DNA from: an uncultured Methylomirabilota bacterium
Lineage (GTDB): Bacteria > Methylomirabilota > Methylomirabilia > Methylomirabilales > 2-02-FULL-66-22
Direction: 5' to 3'
DNA length: 64,000 nucleotides
Assembly (NCBI GenBank): GCA_963705305.1
Contig: OY970067.1
Span: forward strand, 928,001 to 992,000
The notes under the pieces were generated by a model. That model saw only the letters and a list, made by a program, of their open reading frames with translations, was not told where the DNA came from and made no database searches. The position numbers were made by a program, and so were the translations under genes. Each line of letters starts with the position of its first letter. Position 1 is the stretch's first letter. Positions 17,615-28,707 of this stretch are shown here, one piece after another.

Positions 17615-18035
17615 ATTCCTCAGCAAGCACGGCTGGATGCCCCCGGAACCCTCCACCACGTGATGGTGCGGGGGATCGAGCGCACCGTCATCTTCCGGGA
17701 TGACACCGACCGGGCCGATTTCGTCACCCGCCTCGCCGCCCTCGTGGAGGCTGGAGCCCTCACCGTCTACGCCTGGGCCCTCCTCCCGAACCACGCCCAC
17801 CTCCTGGTCCGGACGGGGTCACGCCCGCGGCCCCGGAGCATGCGGAGCCTCCTCACGGGGTACGCCGGCGCCTTCAACCGGCGCCACCGCCGCGCCGGCC
17901 ACCTCTTGCAGAATCGGTACAAATCCATCGTCGTGGAGGCAGAGCCCTACCTCCTGGAGCTGGTCCGCTACCTCCACCTGAACCCTCTGCGGGCCCAGGT
18001 CGTCCCCGACCTCCGCGCGCTGGCCCGCTACCCCC
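17615..18035 (+). pseudogene. RAYT (Y1 HUH transposase) N-terminal part; start codon lost, 3' truncated
   Basis: ARLDAPGTLHHVMVRGIER..IFRDDTDR...YAWALLPNHAHLL...QNRYKS...YLHLNPLRA. Confidence 0.88.
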
Positions 18036-18767
18036 TACCTCCCCGGGAAGATCACCCTCGAAATCACGTGCTACGCCGGAGATTTCCGGGCAAAACGGGG
18101 CTCCCTGGCGGGCACCCTGCCTGTTTTCCCCGCCCCCGCCACCCGCGGGTATCCCGGAAGGGAACGGCGGGCAGCCGGCCCGCATCCCTTTGCATCTCCG
18201 GGAGTTACCGGGCACGGTAAAGGCATGAAGGCTGAACGGGGGGTGGAGAGGTCTCTCTCTCCCCTCTACCGGGCATCCAGCGTTTGTTCGGAAAAGGAGA
18301 ACGCCCCAAGAGGTCACTCCCGGGGCGTCACTCGGCTACGTGACAATCTCCGGCTCCCCTCCTGGCCGTCATTCACGCCGCCACCTCTCCTTCGAACGGG
18401 ACGGTGAGGTCCAGAGTGCAGACCCCACTATATTTGAGAAAATTCCCCCTGAGGGTTCGAACCCCATTGAGTGGGCGTTTTGCACAATTGTGGGTCCGCT
18501 CCCCCGGACCGCCAATTGAGCAAAAGTCGGCCCTTCCCGGACACCGTTGGACATTGGCTGGAGACCGGCGCGTCAGAGGAAGGTCGGGGCCCCCGCTGCT
18601 CTCATCGGGGGTTTGTCCCGGATGCGGTCTGCCCGTCATCGCACCTCCCCGACGTGCCTGTCCGCGCTGAGGTCCCCCGGGCCTCCGGCCGTGCTCCCGA
18701 GCGGAGGCAGGGGGCCGGAGGGCCGGCGAGGACCCGTGGAACCTCGGACCCTCGCCGACCGAGGGGG

Positions 18768-19010
18768 TCACTGTGACTTCTGCTCCGGCGTCCCGCTGGG
18801 GGTCGCCGCGGGGGCCTCGGCGGGTTGGGGCACCGGGGCCGGCACCGCGGCGAGCTTCGCCTTCAGATCCGCATTCTCCTGCGTGAGCTGCTGGACCTGC
18901 GAGTTGAGGTCCGCCACCTGCGCCGCCTTGGTGCCCCAGACGCCATAGCCAACCACCACGCCGACCACCAGAGCGACGATCATGAGCCCAATCCAGAATC
19001 CGCGCTTCAT
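18768..19010 (-). CDS. Small membrane-anchored coiled-coil protein
   Basis: N-terminal TM, heptad region, Pro/Ala tail; AAGGAGGTGA RBS. Confidence 0.75.
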   Translation of the reverse strand: MKRGFWIGLMIVALVVGVVVGYGVWGTKAAQVADLNSQVQQLTQENADLKAKLAAVPAPVPQPAEAPAATPSGTPEQKSQ

Positions 19011-19239
19011 CGCTCTCACCTCCTTGTTCGAGCGCTAGCGCTTCCCTGGCCTGTTCCAATTGAGTCCCTTCGCGGCGGCGGTCCTTCGCCGGCCGCCCCC
19101 GCTCCACTGCGCGAAGGGCTGCCCCTGGCCCGGGAGCACCCTCACGCTCGGCCCGGTGGGGATCGTGGCGCAACTAGCCAGGCCCACGCCCGCGATGAAA
19201 GGCAGCCGGTGCCCCTCCGTCCTCCGGCGCGGCCTCCTC

Positions 19240-19659
19240 CTACGGAGTCGGCCCGCGTGGCGGCGCCGTCGAGGGGGGGACGACGGTCAACCAACCCGGT
19301 GGGCACGCCTGGATGTACGGGTAGTAGCCCTGGGGATTCGGGCAGTAGTACCAGTAGGCGGGCGGTGGCGGTGGCCCGGGCTGCTGCTGGAGGTACACGG
19401 GCGGGGACTGCGGGGCCACCACCGGTGGCGCGTAGTAGGGGTAGGCGTAGTCCGGGTCGGCATAGTACGGGTACCCTGGTCCCCACCACGTGGAGCCCCA
19501 CCAGAACCCGGGGCCGATGACGACGGCGCCCCCGCGCCCGCCGTCCCCACGGAACCCCCCGTGCCCCCATCCCCCGCCTCCCCGTGCGAACGCCGGCGGT
19601 GCCGGGCCGAGCAGGAGGGCTGTCGTCAGCAAGACCGTCGCCATGAGCCACTTCCGCAT
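19240..19659 (-). CDS. Secreted Gly/Pro/Tyr-rich hypothetical protein
   Basis: Signal peptide; YWYYCPNPQGYYPYIQACPPGW. Confidence 0.8.
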   Translation of the reverse strand: MRKWLMATVLLTTALLLGPAPPAFARGGGGWGHGGFRGDGGRGGAVVIGPGFWWGSTWWGPGYPYYADPDYAYPYYAPPVVAPQSPPVYLQQQPGPPPPPAYWYYCPNPQGYYPYIQACPPGWLTVVPPSTAPPRGPTP

Positions 19660-20478
19660 CTTCCTTCCCCCTTCGTCGGCCTCGGTGCGACCGCGGCTGG
19701 CCAGGTATTGGGAGGCTCGACCCTCCCGGGCCTGGACTGTCCGAGCGCCGCCGCCCTGTCGCCCTCGCCGCGGGGCGCCCTGCACGCCGTCCCGGGACGC
19801 TGCGCGTCCAGGGACAACGGCACCCGTGGCCTCCCCCACCGGGATCGTCCAGCGGTCCCCAGATAGCATAGTATAGAGCACGCGGTGAGCATGACCAAGG
19901 CAATTGCAGGCATTACTGCACGGAAGGCAACGACGATCCTCCGTTTCCCCGATTCCGACGGCGTGACATTCCCCGTTGGCCGGTGGCTGTGCCGCAGCCG
20001 CGGGGCGTTCCGACCGAGCGCCCCCGGGGGAATCCGGCGAGGATTCGCGCCCCCTGAACGATTTCCCCCGGCGGCATCTGTCGCACCACCCGACACCATG
20101 GTCCCACTTCTCGGCCGTGCCTGTCAGGCATGCTGAGGGGGTCCGGCGCCTGGGCGGAGCGCCGGCGGCGCGGATCAGCTTGGGGTGGGATCGGGGTGGA
20201 GCGCGGCGTCGCGACCATGCGGAGGGCGCACGAGGTGCGTCGTGGCCCAAATGCGCCTTGACATTCTGCGCGAGGCAGCAGATAAGGGAGCAATCCCATC
20301 CGAATGAGTCTCCGCCTTGCCATCGCGCGGGTCGGCACGTTCCGAATCGAGGGCGCGCTGAGGATCTGTGCCGACACCGCGGGCAGGGTGCGGACGATCA
20401 TCGGGGACCCACCCCGCGACAGCGCCGCCGCCCTGGCGCGAGCCAGACCATGAAGTACGCAGCGGTTTGCGACGGCGG

Positions 20479-20550
20479 GTCTAACTCCGCCGTCGAACGG
20501 ACCGCTGGCTCGCATTCGCTTGCCCCGGCCGCTCACCGCGAACGTTCGGC
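20479..20550 (+). other. Integron attC site
   Basis: R'' GTCTAAC ... CGGACCGCTGGCTCGCATTCGCTTGCCCCGGCCGCTCACCGCGAAC ... R' GTTCGGC; 72-bp imperfect palindrome. Confidence 0.75.
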
Positions 20551-20589
20551 GGACAAGAGAGGCATCAGTCCTCAAGGAGGGGAGCACCG

Positions 20590-20862
20590 AGCGAGTCGTT
20601 CCCGGCAGACGTAGCGCGCAAGCTGAGGTGCCACGCCTACAGACTGATCGACCCGCGAAACGGAGAGACCCTCTACGTCGGGAAGGGCCAGGGCAATCGC
20701 GTCTTCTCCCACCTCCGTGCCGAGCAGGGCCTCGCAGGCGCTGATCTCGACAACAAGAGTAGACGCAGAAGGGAGAGACGCCTTGCCGGTTGTGAGGTTG
20801 CTCCTGTGATTCCTCGGCACGGCATGGACGCGAAGACAGCGACCGAGGGTGAGGCGGCACTC
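20590..20862 (+). pseudogene. LEM-3-like GIY-YIG nuclease N-terminal remnant (not in the ORF track)
   Basis: Frame from 20638 reads [25 protein letters not shown]...[16 protein letters not shown]; no start codon; AAGGAGG upstream. Confidence 0.8.
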
Positions 20863-21025
20863 AGCGCACTTCCCCGGCCGCGAAGATGTACCTGGGCGTC
20901 TTGGCGGTATTGGCCGTGAGGCCCCCCCCCGAAATCCGTCGGTTGTATGGGGGCAGGCGTGCGCCTGACGAATACCGACAGCGTGGTGTCCCGAAGCCGA
21001 TCACGGACCCCGGGAAAGGGGAGAG

Positions 21026-22621
21026 ATGAATCTATTCCTGGCCCATATCGCCGATGCCAATTACTCGCGCCTTCTGCCTGACAGGCTGAATCGAGCCACG
21101 GAGGACACTGGGCGTGTCAAGATCATGGCGTTTCCGCCGCTGGGGATCCAGACATTGGCGCCGGTGCTGCGGGAGCGCGGACATGGAGTTCGCCTGTTTG
21201 ACACGGGCCATCCGCAGATGAAGCCGCAGCACATCGCCCAGGAGGCGCAGCGGCAGCGCCCGCATGCGATCGGGCTTTCGTTTGTCTCCACGACGACTTA
21301 CCCGGCGACCAAGGAGGCGGCGCGGGTGCTCAAGTCGGCGGCGCCGGAGATTCCGATCATCATCGGCGGCGCGTTTGCGACCGTGAACGCGGACCGCATC
21401 CTCACCGATTGCCGGTGCATCGACGCCGTGGGCGTCGGCGAGGGTGAGGAGCTGCTGCCGGAGTACCTGGAGCATCTCAATACCCCCGGGAGCGTGGCGG
21501 GCCTGGTGTGGCGCCGCGGAGAGGAGGTCATTCGCAATCTCCCGCGGCCTCTCTTGCGTGACCTGGACAACTATCCGTATCCCGATCGAACCAGCCTGCC
21601 GATCGACTACATCGAGTCGCTGCCGCTGGATGTGCCGGCGGCATTGTCGCTGGACAAATTCTGCACGATGCAAACGTCGCGGGGCTGTCCGTATCACTGC
21701 ATTTACTGCGATATTCCGTCGCTGTCCGAGGGCAAATGGCGCAGCCGCTCGCCCGAGCATGTGCTGGGAGAGATGCAGCAGATCAACGACCTGGGCTATC
21801 GCTCGGTGTACCTCACCGACGACCATTTCCTGATCAACCGCCAGCGCATCAGCGCCATCTGCGACGGCATCGTCAGTCGCAAGCTCGAATTCCGCTGGGG
21901 CTGCGAAGGCCGGGTCGATGCCGGCGCCGTCGACCAGTTGCCCGCCATGAAGCAGGCCAACTGCGGAGCGCTGGCGTTTGGCGTGGAGGCGGGCACGCAG
22001 AAGATCCTCGACCGCCTGCGGAAAGATCAGACCCTGGAGCAGGTCGAGCGCGCCGTGAGCGAGGCCAAGCGATCGGGGATCAGGTGGCTTCACGGGTTCT
22101 TCGTCCTGGGCTGTCCGGATGAGATCGCCGCCGACATCCGCGCCAGCTTCCGGTTCGCCGCCCGGCTGCAACTCGACACGTTCGGCTTCAACCGCCTGTG
22201 CGCCTACCGGGGCACGCCGCTGTGGCAGGAGTATGTCGACCGCGGGATCATCGATGACGATCGGGACTGGCAGAAGTGGTTCAAGTGCTCGGACATCGAT
22301 CCGACGGCGCTGCCGGGCGAAGAGGTGAACCGGCTGCGGATGACGGGATATGCGTCGCTGTTTGCGCGGCGGAGCATCAGCCGGCCCATCCGCACGTTCC
22401 AGCTCATCCGGAGCTTTGAGCGGCACATGGAGACGAGGGATCTGATCACCCTGCTGGGCTCGCCGTTCCGCCGGCGCCGGCTGACGCGCGAGCCCGACCT
22501 GCCGGCAAAGATGCTGGACCAGGGATTGAAGGCGCCGATTCGCGGGGCGGGGGCGTCGAACCATGCCCTCGGAAGGAATGGCGGGAAGGGGAGCCAGGGG
22601 AATGCGCCGCTTGGCGGTTGA
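21026..22621 (+). CDS. B12-binding radical SAM protein
   Basis: PPLG, IIIGG, GEGE, TSRGCPYHCIYC, GVEAG, YRGTPL. Confidence 0.92.
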   Translation: MNLFLAHIADANYSRLLPDRLNRATEDTGRVKIMAFPPLGIQTLAPVLRERGHGVRLFDTGHPQMKPQHIAQEAQRQRPHAIGLSFVSTTTYPATKEAARVLKSAAPEIPIIIGGAFATVNADRILTDCRCIDAVGVGEGEELLPEYLEHLNTPGSVAGLVWRRGEEVIRNLPRPLLRDLDNYPYPDRTSLPIDYIESLPLDVPAALSLDKFCTMQTSRGCPYHCIYCDIPSLSEGKWRSRSPEHVLGEMQQINDLGYRSVYLTDDHFLINRQRISAICDGIVSRKLEFRWGCEGRVDAGAVDQLPAMKQANCGALAFGVEAGTQKILDRLRKDQTLEQVERAVSEAKRSGIRWLHGFFVLGCPDEIAADIRASFRFAARLQLDTFGFNRLCAYRGTPLWQEYVDRGIIDDDRDWQKWFKCSDIDPTALPGEEVNRLRMTGYASLFARRSISRPIRTFQLIRSFERHMETRDLITLLGSPFRRRRLTREPDLPAKMLDQGLKAPIRGAGASNHALGRNGGKGSQGNAPLGG

Positions 22622-22718
22622 GACCGGGGGCGACACGACGAAGAATGCAACGGAGAGCACGTGGCATGGGTACTCGTGCGGGCCAAACCAACAGCGCGAG
22701 CGGCCGCACCTGAGTGCC

Positions 22719-22815
22719 GCCGAACCAGCCGCTGCAGCCGACCGGGCTGGCATGATGGCTCTCCAAGGTATGAAGTCCACACAGCCGGCCCGGCGGCTGA
22801 GCGGTGTCGTTAGGT
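22719..22815 (+). other. Integron attC site
   Basis: R'' GCCGAAC, CCGCTGCAGCCGACCGGGC...GCCCGGCGGCTGAGCGG, R' GTTAGGT; 97 bp with extrahelical bases. Confidence 0.8.
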
Positions 22816-22841
22816 GGAGCTAATGGACGGAGGAGAAAGCA

Positions 22842-23246
22842 ATGAAGACAAAAGTAGGTGTGTGGATTGACCATAGGAAGGCGGCCATCGTGGCGGTGAC
22901 GGACAAAGGGGAAGAGATAGGACTGATAATATCGAAGGTCGAAACACAGCTCCGCCGTTCTGGTGATTCACCTCTTAAGGGTCCCTATGAACCACTGCAA
23001 GTACCGGCAGATGATAGCCGCCAGAGAACGCTGACGGGGCATCTCAACATATACTACGATGCGGTAATTGCGAGTATTCGTGAGGCTGAATCTATTCTGA
23101 TATTTGGTCCTGGTGAGGCAAAAGACGAGCTGAAAGCACGTCTTGAAAGAAACAACCTCGGTGGACGCATCGTAGGTATTGAAGCAGTTGACAAGATGAC
23201 GGATCGGCAGATTGCGGCGAAAGTTCGACAGCGCTTTTCCAGATAG
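22842..23246 (+). CDS. eRF1-like / host-attachment-type small protein (probable gene cassette)
   Basis: GVWIDHRKA..., ILIFGPGEAKDEL, DKMTDRQI.A.VR..F; AT-richer than its flanks; follows an attC. Confidence 0.8.
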   Translation: MKTKVGVWIDHRKAAIVAVTDKGEEIGLIISKVETQLRRSGDSPLKGPYEPLQVPADDSRQRTLTGHLNIYYDAVIASIREAESILIFGPGEAKDELKARLERNNLGGRIVGIEAVDKMTDRQIAAKVRQRFSR

Positions 23247-23624
23247 CGTTCGGCAATAGGATGGAGGTATAACCACCTCACCAAGGAGTGCCCGCGGCAT
23301 CGCCACCCGCGCCGCGCCTGACACCTGACGTTAAGTGCCGATCACCTTCCATTGCCTGCCGGTGGCGGACCGGAGGGTCCACTCCAGTATGGGTCCGTTT
23401 CGCCGGGCACTCCAATTGCGCATAACAGTTTGAGCCCGTGGGCATGCAGCAGGTGCGGTCGATCAGGGCCGTCACTCCGCGCGGCCGAGCTGGCGAATCG
23501 CCGCATGGATAGCAAATGCGCGACGCGGAGGAGCTGGCATGGGTGCGTCCTTACGCCGGCCGATTCCCATTCCCAGGATAGACGGCTTCGGCCCTCAGTA
23601 TGGGACAGGGACGCCTCGGCGTGC

Positions 23625-24262
23625 AGGGAGTGGCCGTCCCACTCCCCGGCGTAGAGAGCGAGGATCCGCCCGGCCTTGCGGGCGAAGGCGGGGTCGCGGG
23701 GGAAGATCCACGCACGGTGCTGCCCGGGGCGGATGGCATCCTCGGAGAGCCAACGCCACACGGTCGTGCCGCTCACCGTGGCGATGAGGCCGGTCCGTTG
23801 CGCCTCGCGCGCGATGTCGGCGCAGCTGAGGCGGGACAGGGCGAGCCCCCGGGTGGCGGGCAACTCACACGCGAGGGCCATGACCTGCACCCCAACGTCC
23901 GGGGGGGAAACCCCGCGGCCGGCCCGGCCGCGCCCGCTCCGCCAGGCCGGGTAACCGGTAGGAGAAGAAGCGCTTGCGCCAGACGCTGACCACATCGCGG
24001 CCCACCGCGAGCGCCGCGGCGCTCTCGGCATTGGACCAGCCCTCGGCGGCCAGCAGGATCATCTTGGCCCGGAGCACCTCGAAGTACGGCAACATATACT
24101 TCCGGGCCCGGCTTTCCAGGATGTCCCGTTCGTGCGGCGAGAGGTCGATGACGTACGGGCTCTGCCGTGGCATCTCGGCGCTCCTCCTCGCCCACGGAGG
24201 ATAACCGAGGAGCCATAATCTGGCAGGAACAATACGTTGCCATATTTAAGCCGATAAGTACT
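23625..24262 (-). mobile_element. IS630-family element, 3'-truncated
   Basis: ORF 23865-24173 (RAKMILLAAEG..N...VSVWRKRF...RPGRP) shifting at TTTCCCCCC into ALACELP...TTVWRWL...WIFPRDPAF; end begins TAGTAC. Confidence 0.8.
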
Positions 24263-24695
24263 AAGCAGGATTGGAAGCAGCCTACTTCTTCTTGTATCCC
24301 TTCCTCGGTTTGCCTCCCTTCGTTACCAGTCTGTGGGGTGGCTTGATCTTGAGAAAATCAGAGACGGCCTCGTCAGGCGTGATCGGATGAAGCGAAACGG
24401 GAACAGGACGCTTCGGCTTCCGTGCGGGTTCCATCGTCAGCCCTCCTCCCTATTGGAGAGTATAGAACGAGCCCGTTCAATCCGCCCGTCCAGAACCATG
24501 CACGTCCGGAGTACATGGAACCACCAATCAACAAACACACACTGACTTGTCACCTTATGGACTTGATGGGTACGGCCTGATATAAATCCGCTTCTTGGTG
24601 CGCCAGACGCGACCAAGTTCGTCGATGCAAAGGGCACCACTTCGAACGCGCCCGAGAAACGCCTCCCCTGCTACCTTCACGTTCTTCGGAGCTCC

Positions 24696-25184
24696 TCAAC
24701 TGCGGCCCCAACAACCCTCCTCGATCCACTCATTCCGATGGAGATGGGCGGTCTTGGCCGGCGTGGGCTGGTGACAGATACTGCATGCCACGGTCGCGTC
24801 GTCCTCCGGCCGCATCCGCGTGGTGATCCCGAGGGCCGTGCGGACCTTCTCCCGCCACATCGAGAACCATTCCACCAAATCGCCACCACTGACCTCGGCC
24901 TAGCCGGACCCCGGGGTACCGGGCGGCAGGTCCATGTCGTAGTCGAACTGCGGGAATGCGTCGACCGCCTCCTCCAGAAGCCCGCGGCACCGTTCCGGAT
25001 CGGACCGCTGGGCGATCCCCACCTCTCGGGCGAGCCAGCCGAGCGCCTCATTCGCCCGCTCCAGCCCCTGCTCCTCACTCCGCATCTGCTCTTCACCGAG
25101 CAGCGGGCCAGGCTCAAACAAGACATCGGTATTCCCCACATCCGCCACCACCGCTTTCGCAGCAGCTAGCAGGTAACTGCCCAC
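24696..25184 (-). pseudogene. Hypothetical mobile-element protein with an in-frame TAG at 24900-24902
   Basis: ORFs 24900-25184 and 24696-24878 share a frame; the joined product matches the paralog at 26700-26895. Confidence 0.6.
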
Positions 25185-25187
25185 CGC

Positions 25188-25397
25188 TCACCTCCTCGCT
25201 ACCTCCCGGCGGGCGGCCTCCAGCACTGCCTGCCACTCACCATGGGTCAGCCGCTCGCTCGTCGGTCGAATCTTGCTCGGGCTCTCCCCTTTCTCCAGGG
25301 CAGCCACCGCCACCTGGAACGCCGCCTCGATGGCGCCAAGCCACTCCTCCTGCGCGGTGAGCGTTGGGATCGGCCGCGCCTCGACGACGGCCGTCAT
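25188..25397 (-). CDS. Hypothetical protein
   Basis: 69-aa helical ORF closely linked to the next ORF. Confidence 0.45.
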   Translation of the reverse strand: MTAVVEARPIPTLTAQEEWLGAIEAAFQVAVAALEKGESPSKIRPTSERLTHGEWQAVLEAARREVARR

Positions 25398-26286
25398 GTC
25401 ACCCGCCTCGATTCATCCATCCGCCACCCCCCTTCAGGGATCGTAGTCCTGCCCGTCCCGAACCACGACGGTCGCGGGCCACTTGAACCGACATTTCCCA
25501 TCCGACATGCGCCCCGCGACCATCGCGGGCCATTCAGCCTCATTGGCGAACACCATATCATCTCTGACAGTGTCTGACAGTGCCGTCAAGCCTTTTTGCG
25601 GCTCCAAGACTGGATTCCCGACTCCGGGATGCCCTCTTCGCCCCCCCGGCACCCTGAATGTGCAAAACAGCCGTCTGCACCAAACGGCGGACTAACCCCC
25701 GTGGACTTCAGCCACAACAAGGCCATATCTCAGCCTCCACCGCCTATCTGGGTCAAGCGCAAGAGTCCCGATCCTGGAGACGCCAAGAAATGCCTTCGCT
25801 CATCGGGAGACTCGGCGATTGAGGCGCGGTGCCAACACACGGGACAATCGGTTCGCGCAGCCTCGCTGTTCGTCGCCCTCCCCCTCCGAGTCTTCGGAGG
25901 TGCTCCGATATACCGTGCAATTCCCGCCCCTACCGCCCCCGAGGGGATAGGGCAGCATCGCCCTCAACCACGTGATTCTATGCGACGGAGACCTCCGGAG
26001 GCCACGGGAGCGCCGAGTGGATACGGCCTTGCATGTTCCCTTAAAAGGGGGCTCTGTTCGGAGAAGCCCGAGGAGGTTGAGGCCGGTCTTGAGGGAACCG
26101 CGTCACCCACGGAGGAGGAGACTATGGAACAAGATAAATGGTGATTCTCCGTGGCAGCGTAGGCAACTTGGCAGAGTGTCAGGAAGCTGAGTACGCTGCT
26201 TGGTCAGCTCCCGGCGTGTCTGAAGTCGAGAACAAACTAACGGTTACAGGTTAGACAGCGGTGGCCACAGGCAAGGGGGAACACAC

Positions 26287-26673
26287 ATGGCGCACCACCA
26301 CGGGAGTGAATACCAGGTCAGAATTGTTCACGAGGACGGAACGGAGGACCTGAGCGGGTGGATGCAGAGCGAAGAGCAGGTGGCTCCAGCGCTGGCTGCC
26401 ATCCACCGGCCGCACGGCACCGCGTACTGGCTTCGGGCACGAAGCGTTCGCTGTCCCGACTGCCTCGAGAGGGACCAGGGCATCTGGGAATGTCCCCTGA
26501 CGGGTATCCCGTCTTCCCGATGCAGCCCCCACGACTCCGAGTATCTGCTCGCCGTGGGGTGGAGGAACCGGACCGAGGTGCCCCAGCAGCGGCGAACCAT
26601 TCCCGCACGCGAAACGACGACGTTGTATGCAATGGCATTGGAGATTGTCGGCTCCGCACAGCGAGCGGCGTGA
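26287..26673 (+). CDS. Hypothetical protein with CxxC
   Basis: AAGGGGGA RBS; 128 aa. Confidence 0.6.
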   Translation: MAHHHGSEYQVRIVHEDGTEDLSGWMQSEEQVAPALAAIHRPHGTAYWLRARSVRCPDCLERDQGIWECPLTGIPSSRCSPHDSEYLLAVGWRNRTEVPQQRRTIPARETTTLYAMALEIVGSAQRAA

Positions 26674-26699
26674 GGGTCGGGGAGTACACCTGAACCCCC

Positions 26700-26895
26700 T
26701 CACGCCGCCCTCCGCCGGCGGCCGGGGCTCCGGGAGCCCCAGCGCCGCCCGGACGGCCGCGCGCCATGTCGCGAACCAGTCGACCAGGGCGCTCCCACTG
26801 GCCTCGCCCTCCCCGTCGAACTGCGGCCAGTCGTCGACCGCCTGTTCCAGCAGCCGGCGGTACGCCGTCTCCTTTGACTCCGCCTCATCGCACAT
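26700..26895 (-). CDS. Hypothetical protein, paralog of 24696-25184 (3' end uncertain)
   Basis: LLEQAVDDWPQFD..EASGSALVDWFATWR..VRAALG; AAGGAGG RBS. Confidence 0.55.
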
Positions 26896-27031
26896 CCGGT
26901 CCCCTCCTTCCGGGCCCCCCTCTGCCGGGCGGCCTCCTCAGTCTTGGGCAGGGGTCATGATCGTCACGCACGGCTTCCCGGCGTCGTCCGGCCCGCGGTC
27001 AGGTCCGCCTGACACGGGGGGCGGTGAGCCG

Positions 27032-27286
27032 CTACGCTTGTTCCTCGTGCACCGTCTTCTGGTCGATGTATTCTTTGGCGGCCTCAACGGCCTCATCCTC
27101 CGAATCGTATTCTCCTGGGATCCGCATGGCTGCGTCCGTCAGGGAATCCTTGGTGGGCATCTTCCGCGGTCCGAGATTCACGATGGAAACGAGCCAGGAT
27201 CCCCTGGACAATTCCATGGTATGGATCCGGTGCTGTTTGTAGACTGGACTCTCCTTCAATTCGCTTGAACCTCCTTGCTCATTCAT
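27032..27286 (-). CDS. Hypothetical protein
   Basis: YKQHRI...GEYDSEDEAVEAAKEYID; GGAG RBS. Confidence 0.65.
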   Translation of the reverse strand: MNEQGGSSELKESPVYKQHRIHTMELSRGSWLVSIVNLGPRKMPTKDSLTDAAMRIPGEYDSEDEAVEAAKEYIDQKTVHEEQA

Positions 27287-27343
27287 GCCGGCAACTCCCC
27301 CCGCCTTCTCGCACTTACCTTCCGCGCCGCGAGCGCTGCCCCT

Positions 27344-27586
27344 TCAAAACTTCCGGACCACAACCAGCCCCCGGCGTGCCGCCCGGAATTCCACGCCGTG
27401 GGTGTGGTCCGCATCGAAGAAGCGCAGCCGCTCTTCGCCCGTCGATGGGTCGTGGATGAGTTGAGCGTTCCCCTCCTCGATCGCTCGGCAAAAGAAGGTC
27501 CGCAGCTGCGCGGGCAAAGTCAGCAGGAAGGAATCTTTCCGCACGCCGGGGGACGTGTTGCGGTCCTCAGCCATCGGCTTCCCCAC
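27344..27586 (-). CDS. Hypothetical protein
   Basis: 80-aa ORF in a run of co-oriented small genes. Confidence 0.45.
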   Translation of the reverse strand: MGKPMAEDRNTSPGVRKDSFLLTLPAQLRTFFCRAIEEGNAQLIHDPSTGEERLRFFDADHTHGVEFRAARRGLVVVRKF

Positions 27587-27588
27587 CT

Positions 27589-27933
27589 TCAGCCTTTCAC
27601 GAAGGCGAACTTTACTCCGCAGCGTTCGCAGTGGGTCAGCACTTCGTAGCGTGCCCGGTCATACTGCTTGACCCAGTCGAAAGTGGCATCGTCAGTCTGC
27701 TCTGCTGCCTCCGGACGGCCAGCCTGGACCCAGCAGTCGTGGCACAAACTGATGGGTTGGTTCGGCGCATGCGGCGAGGGGATCTCCGGGACGTCGTAGG
27801 CAGCCACGCGATTCTCTGTGGCGGCCTCACTTCCAAGCCCGGGATGTTCGAGGTTGAAACGATCCGCTGCGTCCTGCCCGGGAAAGGCAGCGTGCTCTGC
27901 CTTCGCCAACTCTTTCCTCTCCACCTCATCCAT
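27589..27933 (-). CDS. Hypothetical protein with two CxxC pairs
   Basis: CHDC and CERC; GGAGGAGG RBS. Confidence 0.6.
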   Translation of the reverse strand: MDEVERKELAKAEHAAFPGQDAADRFNLEHPGLGSEAATENRVAAYDVPEIPSPHAPNQPISLCHDCWVQAGRPEAAEQTDDATFDWVKQYDRARYEVLTHCERCGVKFAFVKG

Positions 27934-28208
27934 TTCGCTCCTCCTCCTCCCGCCGCTGCCAAGCGTCACCTTGGCGGCGGCACCGCCGCGCTGGCCCCGC
28001 TGCTCATCGCCTCTCTGCCTCCAGCTCTGACGCGGGCATCTGACGGGCCCCGGCCATCGGCACGGCACCCCGGGCATCCCGGAGGGGCCAGAGCGGATCC
28101 GTCGCCCGGCGGGAAGCGTGCTCCCGGGCGGCCTGCAGCTGGCGGAGGGGCTCACCGCGCTTGCGCGGGAGAACCCCTTCCGGAGTGAGAGCCTGCTTGC
28201 TCACGGCT

Positions 28209-28415
28209 TCACTCCACCAGGTCGGCAATCGACACGCCGAGGGCCTTGGCCAGCCGGACGGCCACGGCAAGAGACGGATTCAGCTTCGACCCAGTCTCCA
28301 GGCGAGCTACATACTCTTGGCTGATCTCTGCTTTCTCGGCGAGTTGCACCTGGGTCAATCCTTTCTTTTCGCGGATCTTCCGGAGCTGCATGCCGAACCC
28401 CTTGATAATACCCAT
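28209..28415 (-). CDS. XRE-family HTH regulator
   Basis: LRKIREKKGLTQVQLAEKAEISQEYVARLETG..NPSL. Confidence 0.92.
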   Translation of the reverse strand: MGIIKGFGMQLRKIREKKGLTQVQLAEKAEISQEYVARLETGSKLNPSLAVAVRLAKALGVSIADLVE

Positions 28416-28707
28416 TGGTAATATCCCCCCTGGTTCTAGACTTTCCAGGGGTTATTTTGGGCTTCCTGTCGATTTCTCACCTGCTCCATCAGATCCCGCT
28501 TCCCCCGCCGGATCAGTTTCTTTTCTGGCCTTTGGGCCGCCTCCCGGAGGCCCGCGGCGGACCGGACGGAGCAGCTCCAGGATGCGGTCGAACTCCTTGG
28601 CATCCGCCATGAGCCTCGATTTCGAGACGCTCATGATTTCTCTCTCCCCCTAGAGGCTTTCGAGAGTCGTTGCGACAGGGACCGGAGATCACGCAGCCTG
28701 TTCGCCT

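Noticed and set aside
18464..18476. GGGTTCGAACCCC, T-arm-like
   Set aside because: No acceptor stem, CCA or other tRNA arms around it.
24900..24902. In-frame TAG as pyrrolysine or readthrough
   Set aside because: It lies in a variable linker of a decaying region with no pyl context; a nonsense mutation is simpler.
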